Below, piece by piece: positions 38,791 through 48,000 of a stretch of DNA of 64,000 nt. Positions within the stretch are counted from its first letter, which is position 1. Each line of letters starts with the position of its first letter. The notes under the pieces were generated by a model that saw nothing but the letters and a program-made list of their open reading frames with translations, had not been told where the DNA came from and searched no databases. Source of the stretch: a virus (Duplodnaviria > Caudoviricetes); the IMG/VR virus record IMGVR_UViG_2830161386_000001, positions 1-64,000 of that record; one strand, 5' to 3'. The position numbers were made by a program, and so were the translations under genes.

Positions 38791-38833
38791 GCTTTGGGCG
38801 CGCAGCGCGCAGCCTCGTGAAAGGCGGTGTCGC

Positions 38834-39871
38834 TCATGAGATGCGGTCGATTTCTTCTATGATTTTGTCTTTGTCGCGGCTGATGGTGGAGGAGCTGACG
38901 CCGGTTTTGTCTGCGACGGTGTCGATCAGTCCCTTGTTCATGCCAATCGGGTTTTTGGGCGCCCCGTCCAAAATGCCGGGAAACATGTGCTCCATAAGTA
39001 CCTGCCGGCGGTTGCTCGCGTCGGCGTATACAAGGTGAATTGCCTCCTTCTTGTCCGCGAGCCGGTCGGGGACCAGGTCCTCCTCGTCGATGGTCTGCTC
39101 CATGTCGTATTCGTCGGCCACTCCCATCAGGGCTTTGCCCGCCTTGTCTTTCGACACGGAGAACTGCTCCGCAAACTCCGCCCGCGTGGGGCGCCGGTTT
39201 TTCTGCTCTTTGACCTCGTCTATATAGTCTTTAATTTTGCCCAGGTTATCGCCAATGTCGCCGCTGCCGGGGGTGTTTGCGTCTCCGAACATTCGCACGA
39301 CTTCGCCGAGGCCCTGATACACGTAGTTTCCGACGTGGGTTGAAAGTTTGGCGTTGCCCTCCCTCGGGTCGTAGTTGTCGATTGCTTTCAAGGCCTCTCC
39401 ACGCCTGTTGGTGATAACGGCCGGCTTGGTCACGGCCTCGTCTTCGATTTTGTGAACCGCGTCCATCGTCATGTTTTTTACCGTCTGAAAGACCCGGCCC
39501 CTCATTCTCGGGTCGCCCCGCTCGGTCTCTTTGGTCCCAAATTTCCAGGCCCGCCAGAGGTTGTGCTGCTGGTCGTCTGGAAGGTTCTTGGCGGCTTCCC
39601 ACATCTCGCTATCTACGTCTTCAGGAGCGTCTTCCTCCATCTCGAAACTGGGGAGCCCGTAGCGCTCCGGGTTGGCGCTGGAGGGGCGGGCGCCTTTGTC
39701 TTTTAGAACGTTCATCTCCCCCTCGTAGGAGAGGTCGCTGTTTTGCAGCACTTCGGTGGCGTCGGCGTCCCCATCGTAGTTTTCAAACACCTCTTTTCGG
39801 ACCGGGGTGTCCCGGAAGAAGTCCGCCCCGTCGTCCCCGTCAAACAAGTCGTTTTCGTCAAGTGCGTCCAT
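38834..39871 (-). CDS. sigma-70-family RNA polymerase sigma factor (FliA/SigF-like, divergent)
   Basis: Region 2 LKAIDNYDPREGNAKLSTHV; region 3 RRPTRAEFAEQFSVS; region 4 HTH VADKTGVSSSTISR. Confidence 0.8.
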   Translation of the reverse strand: MDALDENDLFDGDDGADFFRDTPVRKEVFENYDGDADATEVLQNSDLSYEGEMNVLKDKGARPSSANPERYGLPSFEMEEDAPEDVDSEMWEAAKNLPDDQQHNLWRAWKFGTKETERGDPRMRGRVFQTVKNMTMDAVHKIEDEAVTKPAVITNRRGEALKAIDNYDPREGNAKLSTHVGNYVYQGLGEVVRMFGDANTPGSGDIGDNLGKIKDYIDEVKEQKNRRPTRAEFAEQFSVSKDKAGKALMGVADEYDMEQTIDEEDLVPDRLADKKEAIHLVYADASNRRQVLMEHMFPGILDGAPKNPIGMNKGLIDTVADKTGVSSSTISRDKDKIIEEIDRIS

Positions 39872-39924
39872 CGGTCGTGGTAATTTGGTAGGCGCGTGTT
39901 CTTTGCTTTGGCCTTGTCGTTTTT

Positions 39925-39940
39925 AGTCCCAGCTGGGACT
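39925..39940. repeat. 16-bp palindrome, copy 5
   Basis: Exact copy (18 bp with flanking T/A), upstream of the sigma gene. Confidence 0.95.
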
Positions 39941-39956
39941 AGCGCGCCAGCAGACT

Positions 39957-42902
39957 TTATCCGGTCTCGTCGGCAAAGGTGGCGTCGATTGCATTGTTTT
40001 CGTCTTGGATTTCGCTTCGGTAGTTGCGGGCCCAGTCCGCACGCTCTTTCATAAACGCCTGGTCCCGGCTTGCCATTTCAAACACGCGGTAGGGCGCCGA
40101 CCAGTCGGTCCCGCTGTTTGCCTGCTCCGCCCCCAGCACGCCTTTGAAAAACTCCTCTTCGGTTGCAACCGGCCGACTGGTATTCCGGCGCACCCAGCTG
40201 CGCGGCTCGTTTGCGTTTTTGTAGGCCCGGTGCAGGACCTGAAGAGCATCGGCAACGCTCATGGAATCTCCCTCAGAAGCGTCTTCAGAAGTGTCTTCAG
40301 AACTGTCGCCGGAAAGCTCGTTGGCCCAGTCGATGACCGACCCGACCTCCAAGAGGTCCTGGTACATCTCGTCCCCGATGGACTGGTCGCTAAATCGGTC
40401 CTCGAAAAAGATCGGGTTCCGGGGGTACCCGGCCTCGTTCATCTTGTGGCCGTCGGCGGAGTTGGCCATTTCGATGTGCTCGCGCACCGGGTTTTCCCGG
40501 TCGGTGTGGAAGGTGCAGTGGCTCATCGAAATCTCGGTGCTTGCCGACTCTTCCCGCACGCTCACCCGGTCGGTGATCTTTTCGATTGTGCCGGTTGTCC
40601 ACCCGAGCGCCGGGTGGTGGACCGCCGCCGGAAAGCCTGCCGCAAGGCTTGTGTTCAGCGGCAGGCTGACGCTAAAGACCCGGCTGCTTTTTCGCAGCAT
40701 CGAGAGCTTGTAATTAGCCCAGATCGAATCGGCGGTCAGAGATTCGGTGTCCTCCTCGTAGTTGTTGAGGGCGTCTTTCCGGGCCTCCATCGCCTCCTGC
40801 ACGACCTCGTTTGTCAGGGGCGTGAGGCTCGAAATAATGTCCTCGTTTGTCTGGATCGCGTCGCTTATATCCTGCTTAATTTCAGGAACGGCCCCGTCTG
40901 TCCCTAGCTTCGGAAAGGGAAACTTTCCGATGCTCGGCTGCACGCCTCGAAGCAGCTCCTCCATCGTGTAGAGGCTCAGCATGTGACTCGGGAGCGCGCT
41001 GTTTCCGTTTTGAATGGCGGACATCATGTCATTGAGCGCGGCGGCGGCCGTCTCCTCATGGGCGGCTCGCTTCTTTTCGATCGACTCGGAGAGCTCCTGA
41101 AACGAACCCGGCACGTCTTCCGCCTCTGCTTCCTGGACCCGCTCTCGGAACGACTCTTTCTCCGACTCGCTCATCACGTCGGGAATTTCGCCGCCGTCTT
41201 TGAGCTGGCTAATGAGATACGCGATCTTTCGGGGGGCGTAGGCCCGTTTGCTTGCAATTTCCTTTGCGGCGGGGGACCTGCCGGTCAGCTGGCTCAAGAT
41301 GCCGAGTTCCCGCCGCATCATAAGGCGGGTCGGCGTTCCGGTAAAGCGCTCCTGCGCGCTTATGCTCTCGATTTGGTTGTCAAACAGAACGTTGCAGCGG
41401 GGCGGCGGGGCTTCCCGTATAGTTGGTTTGATGAGGTGGGTTGGGAGGGTCTCCGGCGCCGTTTTCATTGCGCCCGGGGGCCGCCCGTCAACGGTAGGCG
41501 CAGGGGCGGAGTACCCCTCTTCAATTTGCCGCTTTTCGAAGGTGTCGTAGTAGTCTCGCAGGTCCTCGTGGGTGAGGTCCGGCGACCGGAGCGCGTCGAG
41601 CGGGGAGGTGCCCGAGCGGTCCGGAATCGAGGCCCACCGCTGGGCGGCGCGGTGGTTTGCCTCTTTGATGTTTCCGTTCAGGATCGGCTCGATGGCGCCC
41701 TCCTTTTTCAAAAGTGCAATCGCGGCGTAGTCTTGTTCTTGCTTTGAAAAACCGCTTAGGTACTGGCCGTACTCCTCGCTCCGAACCTGGTCCCAAGTGG
41801 TCGCTGTTATTTGATACCGGCCCGCTGCGGAGGTTTTCTTCCCGTCTCCGCGGTCGGCGTAAACCCGGGGGTGGCGCATGAGACCAGTCATGTTTTGGAA
41901 CTCTCGCCCGCCATAGAGCGTCTGGTACTGCTGTTCTTTCGAGTACCCGAGCCCGTTGAACTCCGCCTGCGCGATGGTGTCGAGGTAGGCCCGGACCCGC
42001 GGGTCTTTTCGGAGCTGAGGAAGGGACATGTCCGGGGTGGTGTCTGGAATCTCTCCGCTGCCTACAGTGAGCTTTTCTTTTTTCTTGTTTGGCTTAGACT
42101 GAGTCTCGCTTCGCTTTGGCTTCCGAAACGGAGCGCTCGGCAGGGTAACCATCTCGTGGAAGCTTTCCCGCAGCACAAGGCGCACCACGTCCATAAGCGT
42201 GGCGCTCGCGGGCAGCTCCCGGAAGCGGCGCCGAAAGAAGTCCAGTGTGTTGTCTTTCTGGAGCCACTTTGTGATCCGCTTGTTTTCGACGTACCCGATC
42301 CGGGAGTCGGTGCCGAGGGCGTTGTAGTTGCGGCGAAAAATTGGGCTGAGGCTCCCCATCGACCCCAAGATGGAGACAATCGCTTGCACCGGCCCCTCTT
42401 TTTCGATGAATTGGTCCAGAGCAAACTTGTAGGAGAAAAACCGGGAGCCGCCTTTGCTGCTTTTGTCGGCCATCTGGGCCCCGCGGGCCCCTTCGACCCC
42501 ATCAAATATTTCCTCGTCCTCCGCCGAGGAGAGCCCGTAGAAAAAGTGGGCCTCCTTTTCGGAGACAAACCCCCGGTTCTGGTCTACGTCAAACCCCATG
42601 CTCGTTTCGTTCCAGTCCCCGTCGATGCCCTCACACCGAATCCGCGTGGCGAGCCGCCCCTTCGAGGAGCGGAGGGCCCGGTTTTTGACCCGCCCCTCCG
42701 CAAAAAGCGCCCAGGGCTCCTCCCCCTCCTTGACAAACGCGTGGACGACAGTGTCCGGCAGGACGCGAAACGCAGACGGGGTCGGCGGCAGCCGGACGGT
42801 AAACTCCAGCGGCGCCCCCACTTGCTGCGTGCGGGTAATGCCGTATGCGGGGATTCGGACCCCCTCGGCGTAGACGCGAAGGTCGTAGGACCGGTCTTCC
42901 AT
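39957..42902 (-). CDS. baseplate hub-like protein with internal lambda-type (GH104-like) muramidase domain
   Basis: RAYLDTIAQAE...YGG...HPR...SAAGRYQI...TW...QDYAA...WASIP lies inside a hub-like scaffold containing PPRCNVLF. Confidence 0.75.
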   Translation of the reverse strand: MEDRSYDLRVYAEGVRIPAYGITRTQQVGAPLEFTVRLPPTPSAFRVLPDTVVHAFVKEGEEPWALFAEGRVKNRALRSSKGRLATRIRCEGIDGDWNETSMGFDVDQNRGFVSEKEAHFFYGLSSAEDEEIFDGVEGARGAQMADKSSKGGSRFFSYKFALDQFIEKEGPVQAIVSILGSMGSLSPIFRRNYNALGTDSRIGYVENKRITKWLQKDNTLDFFRRRFRELPASATLMDVVRLVLRESFHEMVTLPSAPFRKPKRSETQSKPNKKKEKLTVGSGEIPDTTPDMSLPQLRKDPRVRAYLDTIAQAEFNGLGYSKEQQYQTLYGGREFQNMTGLMRHPRVYADRGDGKKTSAAGRYQITATTWDQVRSEEYGQYLSGFSKQEQDYAAIALLKKEGAIEPILNGNIKEANHRAAQRWASIPDRSGTSPLDALRSPDLTHEDLRDYYDTFEKRQIEEGYSAPAPTVDGRPPGAMKTAPETLPTHLIKPTIREAPPPRCNVLFDNQIESISAQERFTGTPTRLMMRRELGILSQLTGRSPAAKEIASKRAYAPRKIAYLISQLKDGGEIPDVMSESEKESFRERVQEAEAEDVPGSFQELSESIEKKRAAHEETAAAALNDMMSAIQNGNSALPSHMLSLYTMEELLRGVQPSIGKFPFPKLGTDGAVPEIKQDISDAIQTNEDIISSLTPLTNEVVQEAMEARKDALNNYEEDTESLTADSIWANYKLSMLRKSSRVFSVSLPLNTSLAAGFPAAVHHPALGWTTGTIEKITDRVSVREESASTEISMSHCTFHTDRENPVREHIEMANSADGHKMNEAGYPRNPIFFEDRFSDQSIGDEMYQDLLEVGSVIDWANELSGDSSEDTSEDASEGDSMSVADALQVLHRAYKNANEPRSWVRRNTSRPVATEEEFFKGVLGAEQANSGTDWSAPYRVFEMASRDQAFMKERADWARNYRSEIQDENNAIDATFADETG

Positions 42903-42937
42903 AAAGCTATTTTGTTGGGCGTATTAGCATATAACTT

Positions 42938-43705
42938 CTATGTGCCTTGAAGCCCCGCGATTTCGGACTGCTCGGCCTCCTCTTCCGGAGCGGCGGGCAC
43001 GTCGGCGGCCAGCTCCCGGGAGGCGGGCGTGAACCGGAACGAGGCGCTTTCGATGTCGAAGCTCCGGACGTACATCGAAAACTGGAACCGGGCCATCGCC
43101 GGGTCCATCTTCTCGCTTTGCGTGGTGCTGAAGTTGAGGATATACCCCCGGAGCGACAGGTCCCCAATCCGGAACCGGACAAACTCGTTGTTGCGCATCA
43201 TCTTGGTCGGGCGCAGTCGCTGGCGGTAAAACATCTCCATCGCCTTTCGCCACTGGGTTTCGCCGGTCCCGCTTCGCAGAATGCCATTGAACCCCCATAT
43301 TTTCGGCTTCTCCCCGAAGGAGTGGGCAATTTCCGGGGCGTCCCCGAACGTCGACCGGACGGAGAACCGCTCTGCGTTTTTGAAGCTCGTGTTCGTGATA
43401 ATAAACCGGTACTCTTGGAGGGGCGTCCCGTTTTGGGTCACCCGCTCGGAGCGAGGGACTTCCTTTCCGCCTCGCTGCTGCACCACGCTGCGGTAGATGT
43501 CGATGTGGGCCTGCGTGCCGCTTTTTCCGCCCCGCCCGCTCTCGACGGCCGAAAACAAGCGCTTGGCAAGCTGGTCCGAAACGCTCGTGTCCGGGGCCTC
43601 CGCCGCGGCCCGCTCCGCGTCGTCGCGGGTGGCGGCCGCGTCGATCTCGTTTGCCGGGCTGTCAAATAAGTTTTTTACTGCTCGGGTAACGCCTGCAAAT
43701 GGCAT
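42938..43705 (-). CDS. putative tail/baseplate structural protein
   Basis: Beta-rich C-terminus (TFG..HSFGEKP..W.FNG.L); upstream of the hub gene. Confidence 0.55.
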   Translation of the reverse strand: MPFAGVTRAVKNLFDSPANEIDAAATRDDAERAAAEAPDTSVSDQLAKRLFSAVESGRGGKSGTQAHIDIYRSVVQQRGGKEVPRSERVTQNGTPLQEYRFIITNTSFKNAERFSVRSTFGDAPEIAHSFGEKPKIWGFNGILRSGTGETQWRKAMEMFYRQRLRPTKMMRNNEFVRFRIGDLSLRGYILNFSTTQSEKMDPAMARFQFSMYVRSFDIESASFRFTPASRELAADVPAAPEEEAEQSEIAGLQGT

Positions 43706-43725
43706 ATTCAGCTATATTTATCGAG

Positions 43726-44685
43726 TTACGCCCACCGGGCTTCAATGGGGCCGAAGTCTTGGATGGGCCGGTTTTTGTAGTCGCGGAGGTTTCCGTCTTC
43801 GTATCGGGCGCGAACCGGCGTGCCGCTTTCCGCGCCGGGCAGCTCGACAATAAGGGTGTCCTTGTTGCGCGGGTCCCGCACCACGTCCGGGCGGCGGGCG
43901 TCCCGGCCGACGCGGGCGGTGACCCCGTCGACTTGGTAGGTGCACAGGTCTGTCGAAAAGGTAAGGAGCCCCTCCGCCGCCGTTGATCCGCGGCCCTCCG
44001 ACACGACAAACGACTCGGGGGCCGCCGGGCTGGGCTCCTCTTTCACCTCCCCGCACTCGAAGCTGTCGGCCCGCAAGCTGTATTCGCTCGTGTCTGCAAC
44101 GCCGCCGTATTGAGGATTCTCTTCGTCTTGGCGGCGTTCCTGCCGCTCTAAAATTACGAAGCCTGACTGTACCACCGCCTGGTACACGTCGTCCTGCTCG
44201 GTGCCTTGGCGGGCGGGCTGGGGGGCCTGCATCTTTGGTTTCATCATGCCGAAAATGCCCCGGCGCCCCAGGTCCTTTCGTGCCAGGTCGATCAGGCGCC
44301 GCACCCGGTCGCCCAGCGCGTTGGCCTCGGCGGCCTCCTCCGCCGTGCAGATAAACATCACCTGCGCCTGGTCCGCGTAGACGTGCCGCCGGACCGCCTT
44401 TGTCCATTTGTTGAGGTTGTTGATCGAGCCCTCGTATTCGGAAATCGGGCCAATCCGTACCTCGATGCGGGGAAAGGACGCCTGGTCCTCGTTTGAAAGC
44501 GCGGACCGGACCCCAAGGCGACGCTCGCTTGGGTCTTCGCTGTAGGGAAACGTCTCGTGGCCCAGAAACGCGGCCCGGACCATTTCTATAAACGTCCGTT
44601 CGGCCTTTGCGCGGAGGCCATCGGTTAGGGGGGCGGTTGTGCCCTGGGCCGGGCCTAAATCGGGGTCAAATTGGCTATCAGTCAT
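43726..44685 (-). CDS. putative tail completion/terminator-like protein
   Basis: FPRIEV and 'C.A....EA..L' pattern; located in the structural region. Confidence 0.45.
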   Translation of the reverse strand: MTDSQFDPDLGPAQGTTAPLTDGLRAKAERTFIEMVRAAFLGHETFPYSEDPSERRLGVRSALSNEDQASFPRIEVRIGPISEYEGSINNLNKWTKAVRRHVYADQAQVMFICTAEEAAEANALGDRVRRLIDLARKDLGRRGIFGMMKPKMQAPQPARQGTEQDDVYQAVVQSGFVILERQERRQDEENPQYGGVADTSEYSLRADSFECGEVKEEPSPAAPESFVVSEGRGSTAAEGLLTFSTDLCTYQVDGVTARVGRDARRPDVVRDPRNKDTLIVELPGAESGTPVRARYEDGNLRDYKNRPIQDFGPIEARWA

Positions 44686-45037
44686 CGGGATCGGAAGGCG
44701 GGTGAGCCCGCCTGATCTCGCCTTTCCAGTCGTGGAGGCGAGCAGGGGGCACGGTCTGAAGCGAGCATGGAACGGCGTGTCCGTTTTCGGTGGCCCGCCA
44801 TTCGGTTCGTTCGGTCACGATCGGGGCGGGCTTTCCATTGGTAAAAGCCCCGAATGGCAAGATTCCCCATTCCGTGTCCGGGGGCGTTGTTGCCGAAAAC
44901 ACGAGCGCGGCAGCGCCCGCATCGGCCATCGTTCCCCCGTCTTTGAGCCGCCCGAGCAGACGGGGCGGCGTTTCTTTCGTCCACACCCCCTCTAACACGC
45001 CGGAGGACCGCTGGAGAACGATCGGAGCAACGTCCAT
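44678..45037 (-). CDS. hypothetical protein
   Basis: 119-aa ORF overlapping the next start codon. Confidence 0.45.
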   Translation of the reverse strand: MDVAPIVLQRSSGVLEGVWTKETPPRLLGRLKDGGTMADAGAAALVFSATTPPDTEWGILPFGAFTNGKPAPIVTERTEWRATENGHAVPCSLQTVPPARLHDWKGEIRRAHPPSDPDD

Positions 45038-45092
45038 CTGCGCGCTGGCCTACTTCGTTTTTTGCTTGGGGCAGCTGCTTAAAACTCAAATT

Positions 45093-48000
45093 TTATTGGT
45101 ACGGCGTGTCGACCCGAGGGGTGACCTGGACGGACGTGTGGTCGGTGTCGGACACGCCCCCGACGGTGACCGTCACGCGGAGCCGAAGCGTTTTAACGCG
45201 GACCGAGGGGCTCTCGTAGTCGAACACGTCGTTTTCGCGGTAGAGCGGGCCTTCGTATTCGGTGCGCCCGATTTCATCGTCGGGTCGGAGCCGCTCCAGC
45301 TCCGTCGTGTCCCCGAAGAGATTCGACCAGTCGACGGTCACCGACACCTGCGTCGTCGAAGTGCCGGGGACCACCGTTTTGTTGGTAATCGGAAGCGTGG
45401 TGCCGCCGACCCACCCAATGTTTTTGCTGTCGATGCTTCCCTTGTTGACCTCGTAGTTTATCGTAAGCGACTCGTCCCGGTGGACGATCACCTGCGAGGG
45501 GCCGGTAATCTCGACGTTCTTCTGTGCCGCTTCCCCAATGGAGGTCACCCGTATTACCGGGTAGACGCTTCCTCCGATTTCAACCTCTCGGCTCATCACG
45601 ATACCGGTAGCTGTCAGGTCCGTCCCAGCTGGGACTGACACCGACCCGCTTTGGTCGACCAGGTATTCGGTTCCACCGTGGCTTACGACAACGCGCTCGT
45701 TGTCGGTTTCGCCGGTCACGTAGCGGTCGACGGTAAGGGCCCCGTCGCCGTTTCCGGAAAAGTCCCGCGCCTTCTTGTAGCGAGCAACATAAACGACGCT
45801 CCCGGACCCGCTGTCTTTGACCTGGGTACGCCCCTGGATGTGCGTTCCCCCCGGTCCGGCGGCGGGCTCGCGGCGCTCCCCGCTGATCGCCTGGGTGTTC
45901 GGCGGAAGCGACGACCGGTTTTTCTCAAACGTGTTTGCCCGCCGGCGCCACTCGTCAAAAATGTAGTTGTCTCCGCTTTCGCCAGTGGCCTCGATGGGGG
46001 CCTGCACGTCAAGGTCCGCCCCTTCGACCAGACCCCGAGAGAACGGCGGCTTGCGGCGCGCTGAGTCCGGCGGGGTGTTGTACCCAAGCTCCGGGGGCGC
46101 GCCCGCAAGGTCTGCCTCGTTTCCGTCGGCGGCGGCATCTACGATAAACCGGCTCTCGATGCGGTCGACTCGGGACTGGCTTTGCGGGTCGGACTGGACG
46201 GTGAAGGTGTGGCGCCCGAACTCGATGGTTTCGGACTTCATCCAGGCCTTCGCCCCGCTTTCGTTGAGGTCGCAGACGTAGGGCTGGTTCTCCGCGCCGT
46301 TGTAGTAGTAGTCTCCCACCGAGGCGCCTCCGACCGGCGGGGCGCTTTCGAAGCGGCCCCGGTTTTTGAGAACAAGCCCTTTTCCGTCGTGCAGGTCCCC
46401 GCCGGCAAGGCTTGAGGGGTAAAACACGTATTCAATCGCGAAGCTCGTTTCGATCCACAGGTTTGTCGCCCGGCTCGGGACGAGCACCTCAACGCCGTTG
46501 TTCGTGTGCTGAAGCGCGTAGTAGTAGGGGTCCCCGACCTGATTGCCAAACCGGGAGGCACCCTTGTAGGCAATCTGCGGCACAAGCCGCTCTTCCGGCA
46601 GCCGGCGGATCCGGATGTCCAAGACGTCGGACGGCACCATCTTTTTGGCCCGAAGCTGAAGCGCCCGGACCTCCTCGGTTTCTTCGACCGGGTGCTGCGG
46701 CGCGCTTGGGTCGCTGGCCATCTCGAAATTCGCGTCCAGCCCGTACCCGTCCAGCGCCTCGTCGGAGGCCGCGGCCCAGGGCTCCTCGAAAATCCCGGAC
46801 TTTGCGTCGGAAGACTCTTTTTTCGGCCAGCGCTTCGGAAACGGCCCATAGGGGGTTGGCTCCTGGGCCTCCCCGACCCGGGAGTCGTAGCGCCAGTAAG
46901 AGGCAGTGTTGCCGTAGGTCGTGCTTTCGGTAATCGAAGAGACGCGCTCTTCTTTAAACGAAAGCACGTTGGGGCCGACCACCGAGGGCTGGCTCTGTTC
47001 GTACCGGACGGCGAAGAAGTCCGACCCCCGCGCCCCGGCGTTAAACTCCAGCGTCACGACCGGCGCCTCCTCCTTCGACAGCTGCTCGATATTGGGGAGG
47101 TTTTTGATCGCGACTTGCGGGTCGCCCTGCCCAACAAGCACCTTAAAGTTCGCCTCTTCGGTAATCTCTTCTCGGGTGGAGTTTTCGTCGCTCTCGCCCG
47201 GCGGGGTGTAGCGCATAAACACCTTCTGCACGCTCCCCAGATTCCGGCCGGAAAAGCGGGTCACGCCCGGCTGCCTCGGCACGTCGAATGGACCGCTCAC
47301 CTTCGGCGGCGTGCCGTAGAGAGACGCCTGGTCGATAATCTTTCGGATCTCGTTCAGGCGGTTTTCCAGGTACTCGTTGAACGTTTCCGGATCGATGGTC
47401 TCCATCATCTCCTGGTACCCGGAGTAGATGTCGTTGATCGCCCGGTGGAGGTCAAACCCAAGCTGCGCGTTGAACTTGTCCCGCAGCTCCTTAGTGCGAA
47501 GGGTCGTTTTCTCTCCGTTTTGCCCGTCTTCCCCGACCGGCTGTACGGTTACCCGGTAGTCGGTCCCGCCCTTGATGCCGTTTAGATTGACGTTCATGGT
47601 GTCCCCCTGAAACGAGCCGCGGCTTACGTCGACCTGGATCCAGTACCCTTCGTTGTCGCTGTACGGGAAGGTCTGAATCGGGTCTCCATTTTCGTCGGTA
47701 AGGCTGCTTGCCTGGTCGGCCCGCATCTTTGGCTCGTAGCGCCAGTACCCGTTGTTTTCCGCGTTGCTGTCGCTCGCGACGTGGACGACGTCGTTTTCTT
47801 TCAGTGGGCGATCGCTGTCGGTCGTAACGTCGAGGCGGCCCATGTTGTGAGACAGGTTCGTCAGGTCCTGCTTCTCCGAGACGCTGCCCCGGTAGCGGTC
47901 GCTCATAAGATCAATCCAGGTCAGCTCCCGCATCAGCTCGGTCGTCGATCGGTACACCACCGTTTCCCGCTCGGTTTGCCAGCCCTCTCCGGTAAGCATT

